A DNA stretch of 40,908 nt from a virus (Duplodnaviria > Caudoviricetes): positions 1 to 40,908 of the IMG/VR virus record IMGVR_UViG_3300037424_002340; one strand, 5' to 3'. The notes beneath the pieces were generated by a model that saw only the letters and a list, made by a program, of their open reading frames with translations, was not told the origin of the DNA and ran no database searches. The position numbers and the translations under genes were made by a program. Each line of letters begins with the position of its first letter. Positions within the stretch are counted from its first letter, which is position 1. Of the stretch, positions 1 through 8,009 are shown piece by piece.

Positions 1-590
1 GTTCCCCCATAAAGTTTTCCATTGTAAACTGCGAGGGAATAAATTCTGCCCTCCGCGCCTAATGTTGGTGCTTTCTCTACCCAGGCGTTCGTCCCATTCC
101 ACTCATACAACTTGCCGTTGGTAGCTGTTCCTCCGTACAGTTTTCCATTGTAGACGGCAAGGGAAAGAATGTAGGTCTCCGCGCCTAATTTTGGTGCTCT
201 TTCTACCCAGGCGTTCGTCCCATTCCACTCATACAACTTGCCGTTGGGAAGTGTTCCTCCGTACAGGTTTCCATTGTAGACGGCAAGGGAACGAATTTGG
301 GTCTCCGCGCCTAATTTTGGTGCTCTTTCTACCCAGGCGTTCGTCCCATTCCACTCATACAACTTGCCGTTAGGATGTGTTCCCCCATAAAGTTTTCCAT
401 TGTAAACTGCGAGGGACATAGTGTAAGTCTCCGCGCCTAATGTTGGTGCTCTTTCTACCCAGGCATTCGTCCCATTCCACTCGTACAACTTGCCGTTTTC
501 GGCTGTTCCTCCGTACAGTTTTCCATTGTAAACTGCGAGGGAATAGATGTCAGTGTCCGCGCCTAATGTTGGTGCTCTTTCTACCCAGGC
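1..590. repeat. Coding tandem repeat, 126-bp unit, about 4.7 copies visible
   Basis: Units begin at 1, 127, 253, 379 and 505 and are near-identical apart from short variable patches. Confidence 0.97.
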
Positions 591-1022
591 AACGTCGGGA
601 TGGTTGTTATCTATACCAAAAACTACCTGTCTGAAATTTGACTGCGAACCCGTACTGCCAGCATTATTCAGAATTGTTAAGTTGAAGCCCTTTTTATTAG
701 AGGCATCAAATTTACTGACAATATCACCGATAACATCGGTTAGAATCGCCGCAGTTTTCACGCGTGCGATAATAGTGAAGTTGCCAGCGCCGAAGTTCAA
801 ACTGGACTTGTTACCACAGTTTACTACATCATCTATGCCATCGAAATTCAGCATCCATTTCCCTTTTTCGCTTACCCAGGACGGTCCATTCAATATTCCG
901 TGATTGTTCTTTCCACTCAAGTCCATTAGAGTACCGCCGCCCAGTTTGTCTGCTATCCAACACCCCACGAGTCCGGGTTGATTCATCAATTGTTGTGTTA
1001 TTGTCTCTCTTCTTAGCGTCAC
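1..1022 (-). CDS. LamG/ConA-like domain followed by a beta-propeller of 42-aa repeats; putative virion adhesin (3' end off-window)
   Basis: Not in the ORF track because it has no stop in the window. GGAGGAG RBS then GTG at 1022. Manual translation MTLRRETITQQLMNQPGLVGCW..DLSGKNNHGILNG..LNFDGIDDVVNCG..NFTIIARVK matches a LamG-3 type N-terminus, followed by AWVERAPTLGAETxxxSLAVYNGKLYGGTxxNGKLYEWNGTN repeats. Confidence 0.85.
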   Translation of the reverse strand, partial: MTLRRETITQQLMNQPGLVGCWIADKLGGGTLMDLSGKNNHGILNGPSWVSEKGKWMLNFDGIDDVVNCGNKSSLNFGAGNFTIIARVKTAAILTDVIGDIVSKFDASNKKGFNLTILNNAGSTGSQSNFRQVVFGIDNNHPDVAWVERAPTLGADTDIYSLAVYNGKLYGGTAENGKLYEWNGTNAWVERAPTLGAETYTMSLAVYNGKLYGGTHPNGKLYEWNGTNAWVERAPKLGAETQIRSLAVYNGNLYGGTLPNGKLYEWNGTNAWVERAPKLGAETYILSLAVYNGKLYGGTATNGKLYEWNGTNAWVEKAPTLGAEGRIYSLAVYNGKLYGG

Positions 1023-1050
1023 ATGCTCCTCCAAAAAGTAACCTATAGTC

Positions 1051-2019
1051 TTACGTCAGTTTGTTGATAGTAACATCAATCGACGTCAACGGAACTGTTA
1101 AATTGTCACAATCGTACCAAACAGCCAGATAGCGAGCCTTTGGTTGAAGAATAGGGGTCATATAGTACCGAGTTGTACCCCCGGAAGTTAAGTCGCAAAT
1201 CATCGAGTATTCGCTCGTAGCCAGTTGAGTGGGTGCATTCGTAGTCAAAGAAGCGGAACAGAAGCCCCAGAATAAGGTAAAATCTTTTGCGCTTTCATCA
1301 CCAGCCGCTTGCACACTCTTCACTTCAAGAGTGAAGTCGTGCCACAAGGCATCCCCTAAATCTACTTCCGCAAGATACACATCGGCGACATTGTCAACAC
1401 TCGTTTGTTGACTACCGACTGCCTGCGATGCCTTGTCATTCAATCTAACCGTAAGAGCGGTACCAGACACTGCATTGTCAATAAGTTCGACAGCAGTCTT
1501 AATCGCATTAAATACCGCTTCCTGCTCAGTCGACAATACTGCGGCTAAACTTGCAGCAGATGCTTTTTGTCCCAAGGTCCCTGGCAATTTTCCCGACATA
1601 GTCTCAATATCAGATTCTACTGTGCTAAAATCTTTTGTTGAGGCGCCACGCAAGCCATCTCTTAGAGCAGAAAGAGTTATATCTAATTGTGATAAAATAC
1701 TTGCAAGTTCTGTGACAGCGGGGTCGTTTGAGGCAAGGGTTATGCGAGGGGTGGAAGCAGAAACAACGCCTGCTCCGCCAGGGACATCAACATCCCCTAT
1801 TTGCAATGTTGCGTTTGCATTCAAATCGTCATGTGTATTCTGTGTTACTTCTGTGGATGCCGTAGATATAATAGACGATATACTAATCCGACCATTAGAA
1901 TCGGGAATAATTCTATTGTTTGGGTTGTTTGGGTCAATAATTGATACTTCTATCACAGCCTCATTCTGAGGCGTAAGACCCGCTTTAATTTTATCTCGAA
2001 AAAAACTAACTAATGACAT
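1051..2019 (-). CDS. Hypothetical virion structural protein (fibre/decoration-like)
   Basis: 322-aa ORF directly after the capsid gene; Ala/Ser/Thr-rich, with a TLGQKASAASLAAVLSTEQ segment of a kind seen in phage fibre-like proteins. Confidence 0.6.
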   Translation of the reverse strand: MSLVSFFRDKIKAGLTPQNEAVIEVSIIDPNNPNNRIIPDSNGRISISSIISTASTEVTQNTHDDLNANATLQIGDVDVPGGAGVVSASTPRITLASNDPAVTELASILSQLDITLSALRDGLRGASTKDFSTVESDIETMSGKLPGTLGQKASAASLAAVLSTEQEAVFNAIKTAVELIDNAVSGTALTVRLNDKASQAVGSQQTSVDNVADVYLAEVDLGDALWHDFTLEVKSVQAAGDESAKDFTLFWGFCSASLTTNAPTQLATSEYSMICDLTSGGTTRYYMTPILQPKARYLAVWYDCDNLTVPLTSIDVTINKLT

Positions 2020-2040
2020 ACTTCATCCCTCTCTCCAGTG

Positions 2041-2140
2041 CGTTGGAGCGCTGGGGCGTTGGAGCATTGGAGCGATGGAGCATTGGGGCATTGGAGCTCC
2101 CTCTCCCCAGTGCTCCATCTCTCCAGTGCCCCATTTCTCC
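2041..2140. repeat. Inverted octamer tandem repeat, (TTGGAGCA)n ... (TGCTCCAN)n
   Basis: Degenerate 8-mers on the left mirrored on the right; related tracts at 7396-7430 and 27588-27663. Confidence 0.85.
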
Positions 2141-2197
2141 GGACCTACGTATTCTCGAATTCCGAATTCCCAATTCCTCAAATCCATGCTATACCAC

Positions 2198-3106
2198 CTA
2201 TGTCAAGGTATCCGTAATTAAATACGCCGCATCCGACGCGATGAGTTTTTCATCCTGGATAACACTGCATTCGATAAATTCGCCATCTCGCTTTTCCTCT
2301 CTCCAGGTTTTGGTTCTGAATATTCGAGACCGGAAAGTATATAAAAACGAGAAACTGTCAAGTGATGGCGATTGCTCGATATAGGCGACCAGAACATTAT
2401 CATTCCAAATGTCTGAAATGTTATCTGGTTGCCCGTCCGCCGAAGTATTTTCAATCGAGCCTGCGACAATCAATTTCAAATTCCAAATTGAGTCAGGTGG
2501 TTTTCCAAGCGTGATATATTCTTGATAGGTCAAATTCGTGCTCTGAGATTTCAACCAGCGCCTCAACGCTTGCCATACTTTTTCACTCATTAAAATTGTG
2601 TTCGGATTGACACCGGCGGTCTGGCGAATTGACGTTTTAGCTGTGTCAACATCCTCTTCAGGGTCCTGACCTGACGCAACATCCCATTTGGTTGTAGGAG
2701 TGGCACTGCCACCTACATTTGCGGTGTTTTGTGCTATCGCCTGTACTCTCTTTTCGTACCCAAGCCGAATCCATTTCGTCAATTTTTCCGTCGTGTTTAT
2801 TCGCGGCTGCACAGCTACGTCGGCATTGTCACAAACTCGATCAGGAAGCATATATTTTAGGGCGTACTCCCTCGCAGAGTAAGTCGCGGTTGTTACATTC
2901 CATTCTACTTCGTTCGATTCAGCGCCAGCGGCTCTCAGGGAATCTTTGTCCCTAAGTTCCTCTTTGCCGAAGATGTAATACTTGTCGCTTTCCTTGTTTA
3001 CGGGAACTACAGGCGCAATCAACTCCGCCACGAACGCCGGGTTCTTGTATTTTATTGCTATATTTGACAACGGTACACTGACGTGCACCGATGATACTTC
3101 TGGCAT
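2198..3106 (-). CDS. Major capsid protein
   Basis: 302 aa; LSNIAIKYKNPAFVAELIAPVVPV N-terminus and PNTILMS motif typical of HK97-fold capsids; AGGAGG RBS; follows protease and decoration genes. Confidence 0.9.
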   Translation of the reverse strand: MPEVSSVHVSVPLSNIAIKYKNPAFVAELIAPVVPVNKESDKYYIFGKEELRDKDSLRAAGAESNEVEWNVTTATYSAREYALKYMLPDRVCDNADVAVQPRINTTEKLTKWIRLGYEKRVQAIAQNTANVGGSATPTTKWDVASGQDPEEDVDTAKTSIRQTAGVNPNTILMSEKVWQALRRWLKSQSTNLTYQEYITLGKPPDSIWNLKLIVAGSIENTSADGQPDNISDIWNDNVLVAYIEQSPSLDSFSFLYTFRSRIFRTKTWREEKRDGEFIECSVIQDEKLIASDAAYLITDTLT

Positions 3107-3132
3107 TTAGATTCCTCCTTTCTTTAAAAAGT

Positions 3133-3260
3133 AGTGATTGGTTACTGGTAATTAGTTACTGGTTACTGGTTACTGGTTACTGGTGAGTAGTAATACCAAT
3201 CACCAATCACCAATCACCAATCACCAATCACTAATCACCTATCACCAATCACCAATCACT
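3133..3260. repeat. Inverted heptamer tandem repeat, (GGTTACT)n ... (AATCACC)n
   Basis: Directly visible intergenic heptamer arrays in opposite orientation. Confidence 0.9.
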
Positions 3261-3272
3261 CCCTTGCAAGGA

Positions 3273-3665
3273 CTAACTTAATAACTGGCTAATATCCAGC
3301 GGGCATATAAACGCAGTGAAAATATCATTGTCAACAGCCGCCTCCTCTGCTGTTCCTACTCTACCATTATCCCCGTCCTGAGTATATTTTCGGACAGCTC
3401 CACTAACATTTGCAATTTCAAGCTCATCGCCGTATGCGATTGTTCCGGCCGCGACCACTTTAGAGATGCCTAATTTTACCACGCGAGACGCGACGCCGGA
3501 AGCGGGATAATTTTGGAGAATACCTAATATTCTCCCTGCTCCAGCGGCAGTAGGCAATTTGCATTCATAAGCGCTCGTTCCAACAACAACTACGCTATAT
3601 TGCGAACTTGAGAAATCTTCGCCCGCTATATATGTTACTGGGAGAACCGCTATAGGACCTGCCAT
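3273..3665 (-). CDS. Capsid decoration/cement protein (DUF2190-like)
   Basis: About 130 aa, Gly/Ala-rich, GISKVVAAGTIAYGDEL and VGTAEEAA motifs; between scaffold and capsid genes; AAGGAGG RBS favours ATG at 3665. Confidence 0.8.
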   Translation of the reverse strand: MAGPIAVLPVTYIAGEDFSSSQYSVVVVGTSAYECKLPTAAGAGRILGILQNYPASGVASRVVKLGISKVVAAGTIAYGDELEIANVSGAVRKYTQDGDNGRVGTAEEAAVDNDIFTAFICPLDISQLLS

Positions 3666-3738
3666 TTTCAACCCTCCTTTCCGTATAAGCGATACATCAT
3701 CCGAATAAGTTACAGACTACATCGCAGGTTTAAAGATT

Positions 3739-3848
3739 GTCTTGTTGCTGATGACAAGAACTTTCGGATTGGGTGTCATCAGCAACAAAAAGATTGTCTT
3801 GTCCGTTCCGACAACCACTTCCGACAGTTCTGTCGGAACGGACAAGAT
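3739..3848. mobile_element. Two tandem 53-bp hairpin elements (family A), 3739-3791 and 3796-3848
   Basis: Arms GTTGCTGATGACA/TGTCATCAGCAAC and GTCCGTTCCGACA/TGTCGGAACGGAC around a conserved 17-nt loop; first copy flanked by GATT on both sides. Confidence 0.8.
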
Positions 3849-3851
3849 ACT

Positions 3852-5204
3852 CTATTTTTCCAACTGTTCCGAAGCCACTATGAGAGCTTCGGTATAACCA
3901 ATCTTGCGTTCTATAGCTATCTTTTCCGCAAGTTCGGCAACATCAATACCATCAAGAGCAAGAGTTTTTTCATTCTCGCTCATAAAGACATCGCGGTATT
4001 GTTTTTCTTTTCCCTTCGCATCTTGCTTCCCTCGCTGTTGTGAAAGCTCCGCAAATTGTACGACATTCGGCAATGCGTCGAGTACCTTGAAAAGCAATTC
4101 AGATTGTTTCAAGTCTTGCGAAGTTCCATTGTCGCTATATTTTAAAACCTTTGTTTCGTCAAAGGAAAGCAACAACGTTGACAACGCAACCTCTTGAACC
4201 GGGAGCACTTTACCACTTTCTTTATACTTAGCAATCGACGCTTTGATACCTTCGACTCGTTGGGTCTCTTTTATTTGTGCGGCGTCTGCTTCCAATTTAG
4301 CTACCCGATCCGCCTTCGATTTGAGTTCAGCTTGCAACTTTGCAATCTCTTGCTCAGTTGTTGGTTTCGGGTCATCTGCCATTATTAAACCCCCTTTATT
4401 TCGGTCAAAATTTTCGTTGTAACAGGCAATTACTGAAGTGAACACTTCATTATTGAATAATGCTTCTATGTCCGGGAGAGACTTTATCGCCGGTATATCC
4501 GCACCCAAAAGCGCAATCGCACTCAAAGTCAGGCCGTATTTTTGTCCTTTGTCATCCTGAAAATCCGCGTAAATCTCCGCCGAAGGACGCTGGTATGCTT
4601 TGCTTTTCAATAATTCGTAAATTCGCTTAGGAATATTCTTTATATCGGCATAAAGAACTTGGCCAACTTTCTTAAGTTTATCTATCCAACCAGCCGCGGG
4701 ATAGCCTTCATCCCTCAGAAACTTCTGGCCGCCATGACCTAATTTCAGGACTGGCTTCACTTGAGGTTGAAGTGAATAGAAATTTGATACAAGTCGGTCT
4801 AAGTCAGATTCGGAATATGTTCTCCCGTTGTGGGTCCCTGACTTGAAAAATGGGAAATCCTTGAGCTCAAATGTTTCACTCTTTTTGTCCGTTTCAACAA
4901 GAACTTTCGGAATTGGTGTTGAAACGGACAAGACACTCATCATGTCGATTTCGTCAAATTCCGCCATTTTTTCATTTTCGCTTCGCTTCACCCATTTGCC
5001 ACCTTCGACTTTGTACATTCGCCTGAAATTTGTTATCGCTATCGCCGCCGGGCTGTCTATTCCTTCTGTACCTTTTAGCCCATCAAACATCCGAGCAATT
5101 TCGTTCGCTTGCTCTAATGTCAGGTCTATTTTATTTTCTCCGCCGGGTTGGGGCGCTAATGAGCGAAATTGAGGCGGAACATCCTCTATTTTTTCATACG
5201 GCAT
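3852..5204 (-). CDS. Prohead protease/scaffold fusion (Mu gpI-like protease, possible ChaB-like N-terminus)
   Basis: LKLGH, PAAGWI, SAEIY, IALLGADIPAIKSL protease motifs; coiled-coil C-terminal half; AGGAG RBS before MPYEK. Confidence 0.85.
   Translation of the reverse strand: MPYEKIEDVPPQFRSLAPQPGGENKIDLTLEQANEIARMFDGLKGTEGIDSPAAIAITNFRRMYKVEGGKWVKRSENEKMAEFDEIDMMSVLSVSTPIPKVLVETDKKSETFELKDFPFFKSGTHNGRTYSESDLDRLVSNFYSLQPQVKPVLKLGHGGQKFLRDEGYPAAGWIDKLKKVGQVLYADIKNIPKRIYELLKSKAYQRPSAEIYADFQDDKGQKYGLTLSAIALLGADIPAIKSLPDIEALFNNEVFTSVIACYNENFDRNKGGLIMADDPKPTTEQEIAKLQAELKSKADRVAKLEADAAQIKETQRVEGIKASIAKYKESGKVLPVQEVALSTLLLSFDETKVLKYSDNGTSQDLKQSELLFKVLDALPNVVQFAELSQQRGKQDAKGKEKQYRDVFMSENEKTLALDGIDVAELAEKIAIERKIGYTEALIVASEQLEK
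4882..4934. mobile_element. Family A hairpin element inserted in-frame in the protease gene
   Basis: TTTTT-GTCCGTTTCAACA-loop-TGTTGAAACGGAC-AAGAC flanked by ACTC on both sides; 53+4 = 57 bp = 19 codons (VLSVSTPIPKVLVETDKKS). Confidence 0.85.
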
Positions 5205-5271
5205 TTTACTCAACTCCTATGAATCGCGAATCTCCCTCTCCCTGAAAACGTCCCTTGTACTCAGCAACGGA

Positions 5272-5321
5272 CAAACAAAAACCCCTCCTACGAGATCTCG
5301 TTTTTCCCGCGGGAGGGGTTT
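5272..5321 (-). terminator. Putative intrinsic terminator
   Basis: AAACCCCTCC ... GGAGGGGTTT stem followed by TTGTTTG on the minus strand; loop is long. Confidence 0.5.
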
Positions 5322-5387
5322 ATTATAAAGATTGCCCAAAAGCAAGCACAGCAGGGATAGCTAAGGGCGACCATAATTGTACCATAT

Positions 5388-5416
5388 AGAATAACCTAAA
5401 AAAATAACATTGTCAA
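5388..5416 (-). promoter_or_regulatory. Putative sigma70-type promoter upstream of the head genes
   Basis: TTGACA-17 nt-TATTCT on the minus strand. Confidence 0.55.
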
Positions 5417-5676
5417 ATTATTGTTTGGACAACATTGGACAATTTTTTCCTAATCCTCCTTACGGTTCGTGTTGAAATACTAAAGTTCTGTGCCGCTTCT
5501 TCGTCAAGGGCAGCATAACTCCAATTTGTATTCTGCTCTTGCAAGTTGAGCCAAAAAAAATATATTTTCTCCCAAACGCAACTATTCAACTCTAAAATCA
5601 TCGGATGTTGGCAATGCGTTATGTTTTGAATAGATGATATCAATTCTTGTGGTACTTGCGGAGTAAGATTTTTCAT
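5413..5676 (-). CDS. Small protein with C-terminal helix-turn-helix
   Basis: EEAAQNFSISTRTVRRIR is HTH-like. Confidence 0.6.
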   Translation of the reverse strand: MKNLTPQVPQELISSIQNITHCQHPMILELNSCVWEKIYFFWLNLQEQNTNWSYAALDEEAAQNFSISTRTVRRIRKKLSNVVQTII

Positions 5677-6133
5677 GAAAGTACTCCAATTCTTTTTTTA
5701 GGTCAGCATTCTTTTCTCGAAGCTCTTCATTCATCTTGCATTCAGTATCCATCATCTTTTCATAGGTGCTTATCAACATTTCGTATTGTTGGTTTTTCAA
5801 GATGAGTTTACTAATTTCTTTTTTTGTAGCTATTTTTCTCCAACAAGCATGACAAAAAACCTGACCATCTTCAATATTCCCAACCCTTTTGCCGCAAAGA
5901 ACGCAGATATAAAAACTGCGTCTTTTGCAGTTAGCGCATAAGTGTTTGCCTTTTGGAATGATCGCTCCGCATTTCCGGCAGGTTTTCACTCGCGGCGCGG
6001 ATGGCTGAATGTGCCAAGTTAGTTGTTTCCATAACCGCCTACATGTGGGACGCGAACAACAAATCCTATTTTGCCAACCGCGATAAATCAATCCACATAT
6101 TGGGCATTTTTTGTCTATATAGGGCATATTCAC
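5582..6133 (-). CDS. Cys-rich multi zinc-ribbon protein with coiled coil
   Basis: Repeated CxxC pairs (CPIC, CRKC, CANC, CVLC, CHAC). Confidence 0.65.
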   Translation of the reverse strand: MNMPYIDKKCPICGLIYRGWQNRICCSRPTCRRLWKQLTWHIQPSAPRVKTCRKCGAIIPKGKHLCANCKRRSFYICVLCGKRVGNIEDGQVFCHACWRKIATKKEISKLILKNQQYEMLISTYEKMMDTECKMNEELREKNADLKKELEYFHEKSYSASTTRIDIIYSKHNALPTSDDFRVE

Positions 6134-6163
6134 GAATTACGAATTACGAATTACGAATTACGA
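6132..6163. repeat. Heptamer tandem repeat (ACGAATT)n
   Basis: About 4.5 copies; relatives near 16571-16602, 33284-33320 and 37735-37768/37962-37991. Confidence 0.85.
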
Positions 6164-6411
6164 GGTCCGAATTGCAAAAACATATCACATTCTCGTATTA
6201 AAGTCCCGTCCCAATGATACCATCTTTGAGTTCCGAATGTTGCTTCCTTCATATCAGTAACACGATTCCCCTTTTCATCATACATCCAGGTAACAATCAC
6301 ATAATCACCGGAAGGCTCCAAAAAACTCGGCACATTCTCAAATCGCATGTATGACAGAAAATCTTTTGTCTTTAAATGACTTGTCTCAGTTGGCATATTT
6401 TTGATAGTCAA
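6151..6411 (-). CDS. Hypothetical protein
   Basis: 86-aa ORF with plausible RBS; PSGDY..YDEKGN..DGTLIRE pattern. Confidence 0.6.
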   Translation of the reverse strand: MTIKNMPTETSHLKTKDFLSYMRFENVPSFLEPSGDYVIVTWMYDEKGNRVTDMKEATFGTQRWYHWDGTLIRECDMFLQFGPRNS

Positions 6412-6475
6412 TTCCTTAACTCCCCCCTAAACAGTGAAAATTTTCTTAATTAGTTCGCCTTGCCGATAATACAAA

Positions 6476-6729
6476 TATGTTTGTCCGTTGGCCTCTTTTG
6501 ATTGTCGATTGTTGATTGTTGATTGTTGATTGGTAATTCTTTTCAATCATCAATCGCCAATCATCAATCATCAATCTAAATAGGGGATTTGATGAGTGTC
6601 TTGTTGCTGATGACAAGAACTTTCGGAACGTCCCGATTCTCGGGATCCCGCTCCCGTTTCGGGATCCCGTAAGCGGGAAAGGCGGGAGGTGTCATCAGCA
6701 ACCAAAAGAGTACAAGGGACAAAACATAT
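6476..6729. mobile_element. Composite nested palindromic element (family C shell, heptamer element, family A hairpin with loop insertion)
   Basis: Ends match the reverse complement of 25724-25853; 6478-6693 recurs at 17728-17943 with 2 mismatches. Confidence 0.8.
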
Positions 6730-7310
6730 TAATGTTCCTTTTCTAGAAGAGGCTCTTTAAACCTATTAAATGCATCGCTGTCCTCAAACTCTTTATAATC
6801 AGGCGCATATTTAATTATACCCCCGGCTAATTCAAAACCCTCTTCCCAACCATTGCTAACGCTATAACGTTTTCCGGTTATTTCGATAAGGGATTCCGAA
6901 TCTTCATAATTGAAATGTTCGGCTATGATAAAAGCAATCGGGGAATAAATGGGGTCATCATATCCAGCATAATCCCAATCAAAAGCATCATCGTAATTGT
7001 CAACGCGACCGTTATAACTGGATGCTTTTAAATATTCATCATATACTTCAGATGTCGCGGTAAGAGTCTCCATTTCTTGAGTTTGGATGGGGGGTTCTGA
7101 GGTGCCTATTAAATATTCCCCTTTGCCAAGATCACATTTGCCTTCAATTGCTGATGTACGCATACGGCACACAAGAACCAGAGCCTCCGAATAACTAATC
7201 TTGTACTCAACGGCGATTCTCTCCGCGAGTTCTGATACTTCGATGCCCTCGAGTTCTATTTCGCCGTCGCCGTCGGTTGTGAACATATTTCGATATTGTT
7301 TGTCTGTCAT
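6729..7310 (-). CDS. Acidic protein whose N-terminus is homologous to the scaffold C-terminal tail
   Basis: 193 aa; AAGGAG RBS; 22 of 42 ungapped identities to the end of the protease/scaffold. Confidence 0.75.
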   Translation of the reverse strand: MTDKQYRNMFTTDGDGEIELEGIEVSELAERIAVEYKISYSEALVLVCRMRTSAIEGKCDLGKGEYLIGTSEPPIQTQEMETLTATSEVYDEYLKASSYNGRVDNYDDAFDWDYAGYDDPIYSPIAFIIAEHFNYEDSESLIEITGKRYSVSNGWEEGFELAGGIIKYAPDYKEFEDSDAFNRFKEPLLEKEH

Positions 7311-7396
7311 ACTAACGTCTCCTTGCTAAAACCTGCGTCTGGTTTCAACCCCGCCGGCACCGGCGGAGAAATCACATAATTTAGATTTGATGTTAC
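7307..7396 (-). pseudogene. Relic copy of the last 29 codons of the portal-MuF gene
   Basis: VTSNLNYVISPPVPAGLKPDAGFSKETLV* versus VTSNLNYVISQPVPAGVKPDAGFSKGTLI* at 8006-8095. Confidence 0.85.
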
Positions 7397-7471
7397 AGTG
7401 CCCCAGTGCCCCAGCGCCCCAATGCTCCAAATTCGTCCCTCCCGTTTCGGCATCCCGAGAATCGGGACTTG

Positions 7472-7690
7472 CTAAAATAATTCAAGTTGAACTGGACGTT
7501 TTTTGTCCTTATTCGGATACACCATTTCAATAGTTACTAATCTAGGCGCCTTTCCAGCCGCTACTCTCTTTAAAACATCAAGAGCTTCCTTTTTTCCTTC
7601 TTTTGCTATTATTGGCAACATTTCCAACAACGACTTGTTTTTCATTTTTGTGCAATTCTCCTTGATATTGCTTATACCCATCCTCACCAA
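7472..7690 (-). CDS. Hypothetical protein (true start probably the internal MKNKSLL)
   Basis: Short basic ORF ending QLELF; GGAGAA upstream of the internal Met. Confidence 0.45.
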   Translation of the reverse strand: MVRMGISNIKENCTKMKNKSLLEMLPIIAKEGKKEALDVLKRVAAGKAPRLVTIEMVYPNKDKKRPVQLELF

Positions 7691-8009
7691 GTGAACGTTT
7701 TAGCTGTGCCTGCCTTCCTTTGCCCGCAGTTCGCTGACGTTCACGATATTCTTTTGGATGTGTTTCTTTGAAACGCGTATGCCATTCCGAAGAAGGATAT
7801 CCAAAAACATTACATTTCTTTTTTAGTCGATTATAAAGTTCAACAATCAGTCCGGTAGCTTCAATTATTTCACTCATTGATTGAGCATTTGAAACTTCAG
7901 AAACTAAAAAAAGTAAATCCTTGAAATCCTCAGACTGACTAACAATTTTTAGCATACAACCATCACAAACAATATCTGCCTCAATATGCTCACAATAAAG
8001 ACATTTCAA
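7578..8009 (-). CDS. Hypothetical protein with N-terminal CxxC..CxxC
   Basis: 143 aa; start overlaps the portal stop codon. Confidence 0.55.
   Translation of the reverse strand: MKCLYCEHIEADIVCDGCMLKIVSQSEDFKDLLFLVSEVSNAQSMSEIIEATGLIVELYNRLKKKCNVFGYPSSEWHTRFKETHPKEYRERQRTAGKGRQAQLKRSLGEDGYKQYQGELHKNEKQVVVGNVANNSKRRKKGSS

Noticed and set aside
1-590. DGR variable/template repeats or CRISPR
   Set aside because: All copies lie in one reading frame; variable codons (GAC, TAC, CAA, AGA, ATG) also change at third positions, unlike typical AAY-templated variation; no reverse transcriptase in the window, though one off-window cannot be excluded
191-903. Plus-strand ORFs 191-373, 440-634, 547-903
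   Set aside because: Shadows of the minus-strand LamG-propeller gene
2013-2384. Plus-strand 123-aa ORF and similar ORFs at 27422-27957
   Set aside because: Largely octamer-repeat translations (ALERWSIGAL) or antisense to real genes
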